From an uncultured Clostridia bacterium (GTDB lineage: Bacteria; Bacillota; Clostridia; Oscillospirales; CAG-272): 64,000 nucleotides of DNA. Shown here piece by piece: positions 36,404-45,555 of the stretch (within the stretch, counting starts at the first letter, position 1; the number at the start of each line of letters is the position of its first letter). The stretch lies in NCBI GenBank assembly GCA_947627815.1, contig CANQXN010000001.1:8857-72856 (forward strand), written 5' to 3'. Under the pieces are notes generated by a model that did no database searches, had not been told where the DNA came from, and was given only the letters and a program-made list of their open reading frames with translations. Both the position numbers and the translations under genes were made by a program.

Positions 36404-37325
36404 GGCTCAAGTACCTTTCTTCACATAGTAGAGCAATCCCGGCCGCGTTGTCAGACGAAAAAGCAGGCTCGGCAAACCAGGCGTCCATTTTTTGTCCGAT
36501 GGTTTTTTGCAAATAGCGGTTCCCCATCACGCCGCCCGAGAATAGAACGACAAGATTGCCCACCTGTTTCAGCGCGTTTTGGGCAAGAAGCGAAAGCGTT
36601 TTTTCAACGCTGGCCAACACAAAAGCCGCGACAACGCCGGGCGAATATCCGGCGCCAAGGTAGTCGGCCGCCTTGTTTTCCAAGCCGGAGAAATGACAGG
36701 CGAGGCCTGACACCGTTGCCATCGGTGTGACTCTTCCCTTCAATTCGGCAAGCGCGTCAAAATCCGCTAATTGCTCCAGCGCCGGTCCGCAGGGGAAGGC
36801 AAGCCCGAGCGAGACGCCGACGCGGTCAATAAGCTGTCCCGCGTGGATATCGAGACTGCCGCCAAGACAGGTAATTGCGCCCTTTTCATAAAGCAAGACT
36901 TCGGTTGTGCCTCCCGACACATGAAAGGCAAGACAGCGCCCGCCAACCAGATCATTGCGTCCGGCGGAATACATGGCGGCGCGCACATGGCCCGCCTGAT
37001 GAGAAAAAAAGGAAAGGGGGATATTCAAAATCTGCGACAACATGGTTGCCGCGCTGACGCCGGCAAGAAAACAAGGCATGTAGGAGCCTTCCACATCCCT
37101 CGGTCTCGCGGAAACGCCGATGGCCTGCGGATGATAAGAAGCAACCGCCTCTATGACTTCCGGCAAGTTTTTGACATGGGAGAAAACCGCCTCGTTCTGG
37201 CGGATGCCACGCTCTCCGGGGCGAACCGATACCGGCCGTTTGCTGTTGACAAGAACGGCGCCTTTTGCGACAACGGCGGCCGATGTGGTATAATTACTGG
37301 TATCAATCCCGAGAAAGGCGCTCAT
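36396..37325 (-). CDS. TsaD/Kae1-family (ASKHA fold, 'M22 glycoprotease') paralog of unknown function
   Basis: LGIDTSNYTTSAAVV resembles the GIETSCDET of TsaD. The HxxxH metal motif is retained (SHQAGH). The GGVVPE motif is absent, and the protein is 309 aa. Confidence 0.65.
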   Translation of the reverse strand: MSAFLGIDTSNYTTSAAVVAKGAVLVNSKRPVSVRPGERGIRQNEAVFSHVKNLPEVIEAVASYHPQAIGVSARPRDVEGSYMPCFLAGVSAATMLSQILNIPLSFFSHQAGHVRAAMYSAGRNDLVGGRCLAFHVSGGTTEVLLYEKGAITCLGGSLDIHAGQLIDRVGVSLGLAFPCGPALEQLADFDALAELKGRVTPMATVSGLACHFSGLENKAADYLGAGYSPGVVAAFVLASVEKTLSLLAQNALKQVGNLVVLFSGGVMGNRYLQKTIGQKMDAWFAEPAFSSDNAAGIALLCEERYLSHG

Positions 37326-37723
37326 TTTTTCAGGTTTGCCGCTTCGGCAACAGCATTCAGAACGCCGTTGATAAACGCCGGCGCCTCGTCGCTGTCATAT
37401 TTTTTGGCAAGTTCCACAGCTTCGTTGATGGAAATGGAAAAGGGGATGTCGGCATAGAGCATTTCATAGACCGAGATGCGCAGGATCGCGTGGGAAATGC
37501 GGGAAAGGCGATTCAAGCGCCAACCGTGTATTTTCGCGCCAATTTTTTCGTCGATTTCCGATAAATGTTCATAAATTCCGTGAACGGCGTCTATCAGATA
37601 GGGATCGTCAAGGTCGCGATTGTCCTTTTCCTTGAGAATGGTATCTTCCAATTCCTCTGCGGGATTAAAAGACATTTCGTATAAAAGAACCAGCAGTGCC
37701 TCGCGGGCTTCGCTTCGTTTCAT
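37322..37723 (-). CDS. nusB: Transcription antitermination factor NusB
   Basis: MKRSEAREALLVLLYEM...ILRISVYEMLY..DIP..ISINEAVELAK.Y. Start moved to ATG 37723. Confidence 0.9.
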   Translation of the reverse strand: MKRSEAREALLVLLYEMSFNPAEELEDTILKEKDNRDLDDPYLIDAVHGIYEHLSEIDEKIGAKIHGWRLNRLSRISHAILRISVYEMLYADIPFSISINEAVELAKKYDSDEAPAFINGVLNAVAEAANLKK

Positions 37724-37999
37724 GGGAGTCTGTGCCTTTCTTTGCATCATATGTGCATGAATATACAAATTATATTATACTTGTTTTTCCTGTTTTGTCA
37801 AGGGATTGCTTTGCGGAAATAAGGCTTTTACCAAAGGTTTTTTCACAAAACGATTCCGCCCGTCATGCTTTTTTTCATTTGGTTTGAAAGAAGCGCCGCT
37901 TCCCTCTTGCCAAAGCGCTTTCTTTTGTGGTATAATATTTTTAAATCTGACGGTTTTACGGTTTGTTCCAACCGTTTTTGTTTTCCGAAAGGAGCGGCC

Positions 38000-38452
38000 A
38001 TGAAGTCCCTCTCTTTTTTTCTCAAAAAAATTTTAGCGCCCGCCTGTGTGTTTTTTACCGTGATCGTCACGGTTCTGGCGCTCGCGGTAAGCGCGGCGGC
38101 CGATCAACTCGTCAATCTCAACTTAGCTTCGCTGGCCATGTGCTTTGTCGCCGGGCTATGCCTTTCCCTGACCGACCGCCTGCTGTATCTCAATAAAATC
38201 AGTTTTATTCTTCGGCTCCTTCTCCACATGAGCCTGTCGGTGCTTTCGGTCAGTCTTACCGTCGCTCTTTTCTCTCTGGCGGGCGGTATTCTTTATCCTG
38301 CCACCTCCTGCAGTTTTTACCTTGTGCTGGCCTTGATCACGGTCTATTTTGTTTTGATCTTCCCTTTTGTTCTCATTCGCCATGCGTTGGAAAAACGAAA
38401 CGCAGCTTTCGAGATGCAAAAGAAAGATTCCCGTTCGTCTTTCCAAAAATAA
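38000..38452 (+). CDS. Small integral membrane protein (about 4 TM), unknown function
   Basis: ATG 38000 with AAAGGAG RBS. Four hydrophobic helices and a basic C-terminal tail. Confidence 0.6.
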   Translation: MKSLSFFLKKILAPACVFFTVIVTVLALAVSAAADQLVNLNLASLAMCFVAGLCLSLTDRLLYLNKISFILRLLLHMSLSVLSVSLTVALFSLAGGILYPATSCSFYLVLALITVYFVLIFPFVLIRHALEKRNAAFEMQKKDSRSSFQK

Positions 38453-38480
38453 AACCGCCGGTATCGGCGGTCAGGTTTGG
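38450..38480. terminator. Bidirectional terminator between convergent genes
   Basis: ACCGCCG / GTAT / CGGCGGT flanked by an A-run and a T-rich tract. Confidence 0.65.
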
Positions 38481-39121
38481 GACACGGTATTTTCGGCTTT
38501 TTTGTGAATCACAACCCGATGAATCGGAAAGCCTTGTGAAGAAAAATTCTTCTCGTATTCGGTCATAATATTGTCGGCATTGTAACTGCTGTTGTGCAGG
38601 TCGTAAGTGAGATCGGTAACGGGCAGCGACAGCGCGGCGCACTCTTCCAAGGTGAAGTCAAAGAGCGGGCGGTTATCGGTTTTAAAAATGATTTTGCCGT
38701 CCGGTGTGAGGACAGAACAGTATTTTTCAAGAAACAGCCGATAGGTTAGCCGGCGCTTGAAGTGGCGGGCTTTCGGCCATGGGTCGGAAAAATTGAGATA
38801 GATGGTGGAAACTTCGCCGCTTTCGAAGAGTTCGGGCAGATGTACCGCGTTGGCATTGATAAAGCGCAGATTGGCAAGCGATTCGGCTTTGGCCGTTTCC
38901 AGCGCCGTGATCAGCGCCGAGGTGCTGACTTCCAGCGCGACAAAAAAGCGTTGCGGATACCGACGCGCCATCTGGCAGATGAACCCGCCCTTGCCACATC
39001 CGATTTCCAATTCAAGCGGCATTTTATCCCGATAGACAAGAAGATCTTCCCTGCTTTTCAGCAAATAGTCTTCGCAGGCAAGCAGGCGGCTTTCGGCGTT
39101 TTTCTTTTTTCTCATGCGCAT
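38471..39121 (-). CDS. trmB: tRNA (guanine46-N7)-methyltransferase
   Basis: LEIGCGKGGF SAM motif; LNFSDPWPKARH.KRRL. Confidence 0.92.
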   Translation of the reverse strand: MRMRKKKNAESRLLACEDYLLKSREDLLVYRDKMPLELEIGCGKGGFICQMARRYPQRFFVALEVSTSALITALETAKAESLANLRFINANAVHLPELFESGEVSTIYLNFSDPWPKARHFKRRLTYRLFLEKYCSVLTPDGKIIFKTDNRPLFDFTLEECAALSLPVTDLTYDLHNSSYNADNIMTEYEKNFSSQGFPIHRVVIHKKAENTVSQT

Positions 39122-39213
39122 GATCGTAAAATCCCCACAAATCGTAATGAACAGGCTTTATTATAGCATCGTTTTATAGAAAAAGCAAGAGATTTTTCAA
39201 AAAGGAGGCCGGA

Positions 39214-40323
39214 ATGGAAGAAGCGATTTATTGGCAAAAACTTCGCGAGGAACTTTTAAAAAAGTCTCTCTCTTTTCTTGCCTGCGAAAAAATCCTGACC
39301 GAAGAGCAAGAAAAAGCCGCCGCCCTCGCTCAAGCAGAGCGTCTTGCTTTTTTCTCGTATGAACATCTCGAGCAATGTCTACACTCCGTAGAAGAAAAAG
39401 ACGCCGATCCCGATATGACCGCTCAAACCAGACTGTCTCCTGTTTTTTTAGCGGTCGATCCGGACAAAACTATCACGCCGGAAAAAACGGTGGTTTCTTC
39501 TTTCAAACAACGGCTCCCGCAGGGCAACGATGTCATGATTTCGTCGGAAACTTCTACAGAAACGGCTGACTCCACTGTCATTATCCCGCCGTCGCTGTCC
39601 CAACTGATCGACCAGACCGCCACCATCCCCATTTCGCGAAAGCCTTTCGGGGATCGGATGGAGGATGACACCCTACCGCCTGACCAAATGAAAAAAAAGG
39701 CAGAAGCGGCGCCGGCGCCTTCTCGGGCCTTGACGCCCCAAGAAGAAGCGGGTACTGCTCATCGGAACGCTTTGGCGGCAGAAAAAGAGCCTCCCGCTCC
39801 TCCTGTGGCCGTCACACCGAACACGCCGACGCAAGCGCCTTCGTCCTCTCGGCAAGCCGCGCCAAGCGCGGCGTCATCGGTGGCTTTGGCCATGGCTCTT
39901 TCGGAAGGACACGGCAAGCGCAACGCCCTTCTTTTTGCGGCGGCGGAGCTTCCCTTTTTGTGCTTGCTCCCGATTGTCGGGATGGTTTTGCTGATGGCGA
40001 TCCATCTTCTTTTCTTCTTCGGCCTTGTTCTGATTGCTTTTTTGGCAGCGGCTCTGTTTTTGCTGCCCGTTTCTCTTTGCCTCTGGTCGGTCTTTTTTGC
40101 CGGTCAGGCGTTTGTTCAGGGGCATTTGGCGCAGGGCGCCGCAGAGGGGGCGCTGGCGCTTGTTGCCTTGGGTTTTACGCTGCTTGGCCTTCTTTTGATC
40201 CGCCTGCTTTATCAAAAGCTTTTCCTTCCGCTCTGGCAAGGAATGATCGCTTTTGACAGGCGCTTTCTCTCCCGCTTTGGCGCGGCGTGCGCTTTTATCC
40301 GAAAGGGGGCGGCTCGGTTATGA
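39214..40323 (+). CDS. Membrane protein of unknown function: helical N-domain, P/A/T-rich linker, C-terminal multi-TM block
   Basis: 369-aa ORF with GGAGG RBS. Residues ~230-369 contain at least 4 hydrophobic helices. No motif I recognise. Confidence 0.6.
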   Translation: MEEAIYWQKLREELLKKSLSFLACEKILTEEQEKAAALAQAERLAFFSYEHLEQCLHSVEEKDADPDMTAQTRLSPVFLAVDPDKTITPEKTVVSSFKQRLPQGNDVMISSETSTETADSTVIIPPSLSQLIDQTATIPISRKPFGDRMEDDTLPPDQMKKKAEAAPAPSRALTPQEEAGTAHRNALAAEKEPPAPPVAVTPNTPTQAPSSSRQAAPSAASSVALAMALSEGHGKRNALLFAAAELPFLCLLPIVGMVLLMAIHLLFFFGLVLIAFLAAALFLLPVSLCLWSVFFAGQAFVQGHLAQGAAEGALALVALGFTLLGLLLIRLLYQKLFLPLWQGMIAFDRRFLSRFGAACAFIRKGAARL

Positions 40324-41048
40324 AACATCGTTTTTCCAAAACGACGGTCTTGATCGGCGTTGCCTGCGCGCTCATTTTTCTCGGGCTGTTTCTCCTGATT
40401 TTACTGCCCAAACAATCTTTTGCCGTTTGCGAGCCGATCATCTTTGATCTGTCAAAAGAAGATATGCGTCTTTTGTCGTTTGATATTTCGGACTGTGAGA
40501 TCATCTTGCGGCAAGGGGAAACCTCGTCGATTGTCGCCACGGGGTTCTATCGGGAAGAGCTGCAATTTGTCAGAGAAAACGGCAGTATTTCGCTGAAAGA
40601 ATCAACATCATTGTTTGGCATAGGAGCTGAGCCTGTGGGCGCTGTCACCTATTGGCAGCACAAGATGCCGCAAGACGAAAGAAAGATCGAAATCACCCTT
40701 TCTCCCGATGACTCTTATCTGCTGCTTTCTTTTGCCTTACAAAACACGGTCGTCGATTTTTCCGGTTCTTTTTACCATATGTCGCTTACGGCTGTTAATT
40801 CGGAAATAGATATGTCTATCGAGGCGTTTCATGACATCCGGGTCGATCTCGACCAATGTAAGACAAATTTTCACATTTTCCGCTCGTTGGATAGTTTTTC
40901 ACGCCTGATTGAAAGTTTTGACTGCGATTTTTCATTCAACGGAGAAACCGCGGTAAATTCTGACAGCTATCAGGCGGCAAAAGCCGACGATATACTGAAA
41001 CTTCGTTTACAGGGCGGAAACGCCGATATTGCCATAGACCGCTCATAA
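40320..41048 (+). CDS. Membrane-anchored beta-rich protein of unknown function (DUF4097-like by pattern)
   Basis: ATGA overlap with the upstream gene. N-terminal TM (TVLIGVACALIFLGLFLLILL), then ~210 aa with alternating beta-strand-like segments. Confidence 0.55.
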   Translation: MKHRFSKTTVLIGVACALIFLGLFLLILLPKQSFAVCEPIIFDLSKEDMRLLSFDISDCEIILRQGETSSIVATGFYREELQFVRENGSISLKESTSLFGIGAEPVGAVTYWQHKMPQDERKIEITLSPDDSYLLLSFALQNTVVDFSGSFYHMSLTAVNSEIDMSIEAFHDIRVDLDQCKTNFHIFRSLDSFSRLIESFDCDFSFNGETAVNSDSYQAAKADDILKLRLQGGNADIAIDRS

Positions 41049-41176
41049 AGGCTTGTCCTAGTCGCGCTATCGCGTTGACGGTCAAAAACGCATAACTGCT
41101 ATTTTTTCGGGCAAACTAACCCTGCACGAAATAGACAGACGTGCAACTTCCACAATCAGAAAGGCTATAAGCGGAT

Positions 41177-41395
41177 ATGATACTCGATAGAATCGCGCTT
41201 ATTCTTTTGATCGTCGGCGGTCTTAACTGGGGAAGCATCGGTCTTTTCCGTTTTGATGTCGTCGCCTGGATTTTCGGAGGACAGGGTGCTGTCGTCAGCC
41301 GTATTATTTACGTTCTGGTGGGCCTTGCCGCTCTCTGGAGTGTTTCCCTTTTCTTCCGCGAAAGAAACGCCGTTATCGACAATACGAAAGAATAA
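41177..41395 (+). CDS. DUF378 family small membrane protein
   Basis: LILLIVGGLNWGSIGLFRFDVVAWIFGG matches the characteristic DUF378 GGLNWG..G.F.FD.V motif. Confidence 0.8.
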   Translation: MILDRIALILLIVGGLNWGSIGLFRFDVVAWIFGGQGAVVSRIIYVLVGLAALWSVSLFFRERNAVIDNTKE

Positions 41396-41401
41396 AACCA
41401 T

Positions 41402-41442
41402 AAAAAAGAGCTGTAGCGCTTTGTGCGTCACAGCTCTTTCTT
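41402..41442. terminator. Bidirectional terminator
   Basis: AGAGCTGT (41407-41414) / ACAGCTCT (41430-41437), with A6 upstream and TTCTT downstream. Confidence 0.65.
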
Positions 41443-41447
41443 ATGGT

Positions 41448-41942
41448 TCATGTTGCAGTGGAAAGCAAAGATCGGATGGTTTGGACGAAACGATCGTTGT
41501 TGTCGGTCGCGAGAAGGATCACAAAATTCTGCGCCGTCAGAACGGTGACTTGGGTTGTGTCGGTAAGCGCATCTCCCATGGCGCCGGATTCTAACAGCGC
41601 GGCGCGGGCGGCAAGCATTTCTTCCACCTGCGGCGTATCGTAAAGCGAAGCGGTACGGAAAAGACAGATTTCAAAAAGTTCGCTTCCGCTGCCGGTACAG
41701 ATGAGATAATCATCGCAGAGGGATAACGCCGGATGAAGCCGATCCGATCCTTGAAAAAACATGCGCAATAACAAGGGAGAATTGGTGTCATCGGCGCGAA
41801 AGCTCGCCACTTGACAGGGCGGCAAGACGATCTTTTCGGTCAAGGCGGAAAAAAGCTCATAGGCAGACATATCGCTCTTGCCATGACAGGCCGTCATCGA
41901 TAAGAGCAAAAAAACAAGCAGGAGCAGCGCGCACTTTTTCAT
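41448..41942 (-). CDS. Lipoprotein of unknown function (DUF4358-like by size and pattern)
   Basis: MKKCALLLLVFLLLSMTAC gives the signal peptide and lipobox. Start at ATG 41942, 5 nt after GGGGTGA. Confidence 0.6.
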   Translation of the reverse strand: MKKCALLLLVFLLLSMTACHGKSDMSAYELFSALTEKIVLPPCQVASFRADDTNSPLLLRMFFQGSDRLHPALSLCDDYLICTGSGSELFEICLFRTASLYDTPQVEEMLAARAALLESGAMGDALTDTTQVTVLTAQNFVILLATDNNDRFVQTIRSLLSTAT

Positions 41943-41945
41943 AAC

Positions 41946-41985
41946 AATCACCCCGCTCTCACTCTATGAGCAAGGCGGGGTGATT
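41946..41985 (-). promoter_or_regulatory. Perfect 11-bp inverted repeat between recR and the lipoprotein gene; it covers the lipoprotein SD
   Basis: AATCACCCCGC (41946-41956) / GCGGGGTGATT (41975-41985) with an 18-nt loop. On the minus strand the 3' arm contains GGGGTGA immediately upstream of ATG 41942. Confidence 0.5.
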
Positions 41986-42000
41986 ATTCCTTGATCCAAA

Positions 42001-42600
42001 TCAGGTGATCGGATTACGGGCGCGCAGGGCGCGAGCGAGCGTGACTTCATCGGCATATTCGATGTCGGCGCCGACGGGAATACCGAGAGCGGGACGCGTC
42101 ACTTTGATGCCGATGGGCGCGATCAGTTTCATAAGATAGGCCGCTGTGGTGTCCCCTTCTATGGTGGGATTGGTCGCTACAATCACTTCTTCCACCTCTT
42201 CTTTTTGCAGGCGTTCCATCAGTTTATCCAGCCCCAACTGGTCGGGACCGATCCCCTTCATGGGCGAGAGAACGCCGGAAAGGACAAAAAATTTGCCGCG
42301 ATAATCCCGTATCCGCTCAATGCGCATCAAAGCCCGGGTATCTTCTACCACGCAAATCACCTTTTCCCGGGTGGTATCGGCGCAGATATAACAGATATCG
42401 CCGTCCGTCAAGTTATTGCAAAGCGGACACCGTTTGATGGCCGTCTTGGCCTCGGTGATGGCCTCGGCAAAAGTATTGGCCGTTTCCGCCGGCATATCCA
42501 AAATCGCCATGGCATAGCGGGTCGCTGTTTTCCGACCCACGCCCGGCAGGCGGCGGAACTGCTCGATCAATGTTTCAATGGGGGGGAGAAATTCACTCAT
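42001..42600 (-). CDS. recR: Recombination protein RecR
   Basis: LPGVGRKTA HhH motif, CPLCNNLTDGDICYIC zinc finger and a Toprim domain. Confidence 0.95.
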   Translation of the reverse strand: MSEFLPPIETLIEQFRRLPGVGRKTATRYAMAILDMPAETANTFAEAITEAKTAIKRCPLCNNLTDGDICYICADTTREKVICVVEDTRALMRIERIRDYRGKFFVLSGVLSPMKGIGPDQLGLDKLMERLQKEEVEEVIVATNPTIEGDTTAAYLMKLIAPIGIKVTRPALGIPVGADIEYADEVTLARALRARNPIT

Positions 42601-42605
42601 GTAAT

Positions 42606-42962
42606 TTAAAACAGACCGGGAATCCCGGAAAGACCCATATTGCCGGTGATCTCCGACATGGCTTTGGCGTTGGTTTCTTCTACGGTTTTTATGGCTTGAT
42701 TAATGCCGGCGACAATGACATCGGAAAGCGTTTCGATGTCGTCAGGATCGACGAGAACCGGCGAAATCGCAAGAGAAAGAATCTCTTTTTTTCCATTGAT
42801 TTTTACCGTGACAGCGCCGCCGCCGGCCTGAACTTCATATTCAGCCGCATCCAATTCTTCCTGTTTGGCGGCCATTTCTTCCTGCATTTTTTGTGCCTGC
42901 TTCAACATGCCCTGCATATTGGAGGGTCCCCCGCCGAAGCCTTGCGGTAATCTCGATTTCAT
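42606..42962 (-). CDS. ybaB: Nucleoid-associated protein YbaB/EbfC
   Basis: MQGMLKQAQKMQEEM...GGGAVTVKINGK and the conserved dnaX-ybaB-recR order. Confidence 0.92.
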   Translation of the reverse strand: MKSRLPQGFGGGPSNMQGMLKQAQKMQEEMAAKQEELDAAEYEVQAGGGAVTVKINGKKEILSLAISPVLVDPDDIETLSDVIVAGINQAIKTVEETNAKAMSEITGNMGLSGIPGLF

Positions 42963-43018
42963 AATCTTTTCCTTTCCGTGATGGTAAAATATGGTCTGGG
43001 TTTATATACCTTTGATGC

Positions 43019-44590
43019 TTACGCAAAATCGCGCAAGGGATCCTGCGGTGAGGCATCCTTGGGGCTGACCCGAAAGTTCAGCGTTTTGGCGGTGATGCCG
43101 TACTGCGCCAAAAGAAGAGATAGCGCCTCTTTGATCTCGGGACGGTCGAGCATGATCATGGAAAAAGAGCTTTCTAAATAAACGGTGACCTCGCAGGCCG
43201 CTTTGACATAGGTGGCGGTAGAGGAGCCGAGAAAAGCGGCGGCGCTGGGATTTTGTTTGGCAAAATCCTCTTTGATATCCACCCAATCGGCCAAAAGGCG
43301 CGCCGGTTCTTTTTCTTCTTTGCTAACGGGTTTTGGCTCATCGGAAAGCGCTGTCGGCGCGGGAGAAGGCGTTCCCTCTTGCGGCAGAGGTTCCGCTTGG
43401 GATGCCAAAGCCGAGGAAGGAAGCGTTTTCAGAGGGGCGCGCACCTCAAGCGCGGCGATTCTTGCTTCCAGCCCTTCCAAGGAGGAATCGGTTTTCCCAA
43501 GTGCCATTCGCACCAGCGTCAGTTCCGCCGTAATCCGCTTGACATCGCTTTTATTCATGCGGATATAGGCGTTTTCCAAAAGAGAGATATGATAGACGAT
43601 CTTTTCACGGGTAAAGGCGTCCGAAAGCCTTTTAATATCGGAAAACTCCTGCTCCGATACATCCAGAATATCACGGTTTAACGCGGAGACAGAAGGAAAC
43701 CGCATGATTTTGTATACCAGCATATCCCGGTACAGGGCGATTAGATCGGTCATGAAAACCGAAAGGTCTTTGGAAGAACGAAAAATATCGGAAATAATCG
43801 AAAGAATTTTTTCCGTGTCTCCCGCGCGTATGGCGTCCAGCGTTTCTACGACCGTTTCGCGGCCAACGATTCCGGCGGCGGCACGCACGCCTTCTTCCGT
43901 CACGCGGCCGTCGCGGTCGATGCACAGTTCAAACAGGCTGACGGCATCCCGCATCCCGCCCTGCGCCAGGCGGGCGATCAAAAGGCCGGCACTTTCTTCT
44001 AATATCAAACTCTCTTGCGTGGCAATGTAGTTTAATCTCTGCAAAATATCGGCGCTCGTCAAACGCTTGAAATCAAATCGCTGGCAGCGGGAGAGGATGG
44101 TGGCGGGGATATCCTGAAGTTCCGTTGTCGCAAGGACAAAAATGACATTCTGCGGCGGTTCCTCCAGCGTTTTCAGCAACGCGTTGAAAGCGCCTTCCGA
44201 AAGCATATGCACTTCATCGATGATATACACTTTCGTGCCAACGGCGCTGGGGGTAAAAATGACCTCTTCACGGATCTCGCGGATATAATCCACGCCGGTG
44301 TTGCTGGCGGCGTCCATTTCCAATACTTCTACCGAGGCGCCGGAATCGATCGCAAGACAGGAAGGACACTGATTGCAGGGATTGCCGTTGGAAGGATGTT
44401 CGCAGTTTACGGCTTTGGCTAAGATTTTGGCGCAGGAGGTTTTTCCCGTGCCGGCGGAACCGCAAAAAAGATAGGCGTGGCTGACTTTATGATTGGCCAC
44501 TTCCCAAGACAAGACGGATGTGATATGTTCCTGCCCGATCACATCATCAAATGTGGCCGGTCTGTATTTCCGATATAGTGCCTGATGCAT
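43019..44590 (-). CDS. dnaX: DNA polymerase III subunit gamma/tau
   Basis: YRKYRP.TFDDVIGQEH, GSAGTGKTS Walker A, a zinc module (CEHPSNGNPCNQCPSC), IIDEVHMLS, SRCQRF. Confidence 0.95.
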   Translation of the reverse strand: MHQALYRKYRPATFDDVIGQEHITSVLSWEVANHKVSHAYLFCGSAGTGKTSCAKILAKAVNCEHPSNGNPCNQCPSCLAIDSGASVEVLEMDAASNTGVDYIREIREEVIFTPSAVGTKVYIIDEVHMLSEGAFNALLKTLEEPPQNVIFVLATTELQDIPATILSRCQRFDFKRLTSADILQRLNYIATQESLILEESAGLLIARLAQGGMRDAVSLFELCIDRDGRVTEEGVRAAAGIVGRETVVETLDAIRAGDTEKILSIISDIFRSSKDLSVFMTDLIALYRDMLVYKIMRFPSVSALNRDILDVSEQEFSDIKRLSDAFTREKIVYHISLLENAYIRMNKSDVKRITAELTLVRMALGKTDSSLEGLEARIAALEVRAPLKTLPSSALASQAEPLPQEGTPSPAPTALSDEPKPVSKEEKEPARLLADWVDIKEDFAKQNPSAAAFLGSSTATYVKAACEVTVYLESSFSMIMLDRPEIKEALSLLLAQYGITAKTLNFRVSPKDASPQDPLRDFA

Positions 44591-44636
44591 AAGAAACCGT
44601 CCTTTGTTTTTGGTTTACTTGCGGTCACCGCCCTTT

Positions 44637-45518
44637 TCATGAACCGACACTAGGCGAAACGGTGAGGATCACATAGCCGGTGTTATCGGGAGAAACGACG
44701 ATGGAACCATAGGTTTCAGGGATCGGAATCGTTTCATCCATGGCGGTGCGGCAGATGAGGTATCCGTGAAAAGAATAAAACACATCCGGTTTTAAAAACT
44801 CGGTGATATATTCTTCCAGTGTCAGCGAGTTGAGCGTGATCAGTTCCGCATGGGGCGCTCCGACATAGCGCAGATGCCACGGCTCGTAAGTGATGCCGGT
44901 AATATCGCTTTTTCCGTGCGGATAGCGGATGATAAAGCCGTATTCATAGCAGTATCGGTTGACAAAACGCCCGGCTTCGCATTTGGGAAAAGAGGAGCCG
45001 GCATAGCCCGGCACAAAAACATCCAAAGCCAAACCGGTCTGATGTTCGCTGGCGCCGACTACCGCCGCCACATTGGCGGCGCTGTCCTGATAGATTTCCT
45101 GCTGCTCTTCGGCGGAGCGATAAGAGGAACGAATGTACAGCGGAAGATCAAATTTTTCCCGTACGGTTTCTACCAATTGACAATAAGGTTCCAAGACGGA
45201 AGCGGCAAAGACGGTGTTTTTATAGGTGGTAAGATCGGGCTGATAGGCATCATCAATCAGATGGCTTTCGTTGATCAGCATCAAGGCATCGCTCAAGGTG
45301 ACATTCGGCATCGTCTTCAGCGCGTCCCATGAAACATTTCTTGTTGGCGGTTGGACGCTTTCCGCCTTGGCGCTGTGGGTCAGGCTGTACCATTTTTGTT
45401 CCAGAATAAAGCGATAGTCCCCGCGCGTGGCCAGAAAGACCGTCCCCATAAGAACCAGGGCGGCCAAAAAAACGGCCGAAATCAAAATCAACCGCCGAAC
45501 AAAGCGCCTTTTTTTCAT
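44637..45518 (-). CDS. D-alanyl-D-alanine carboxypeptidase, VanY/M15B family, membrane anchored
   Basis: N-terminal TM, then SSYRSAEEQ, SEHQTGLALDV and EPWHLRYVG (intact zinc/catalytic motifs). Start moved to ATG 45518. Confidence 0.88.
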   Translation of the reverse strand: MKKRRFVRRLILISAVFLAALVLMGTVFLATRGDYRFILEQKWYSLTHSAKAESVQPPTRNVSWDALKTMPNVTLSDALMLINESHLIDDAYQPDLTTYKNTVFAASVLEPYCQLVETVREKFDLPLYIRSSYRSAEEQQEIYQDSAANVAAVVGASEHQTGLALDVFVPGYAGSSFPKCEAGRFVNRYCYEYGFIIRYPHGKSDITGITYEPWHLRYVGAPHAELITLNSLTLEEYITEFLKPDVFYSFHGYLICRTAMDETIPIPETYGSIVVSPDNTGYVILTVSPSVGS

Positions 45519-45555
45519 GCAACGAATCCTCATAGAAAAACAGCAGAACATCAAT

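Noticed and set aside
43019-44590. Looked for a dnaX -1 slippery site (A AAA AAG) producing a gamma subunit.
   Set aside because: I found no A7/A6G heptamer on the coding strand (no CTTTTTT string on the plus strand within the gene).
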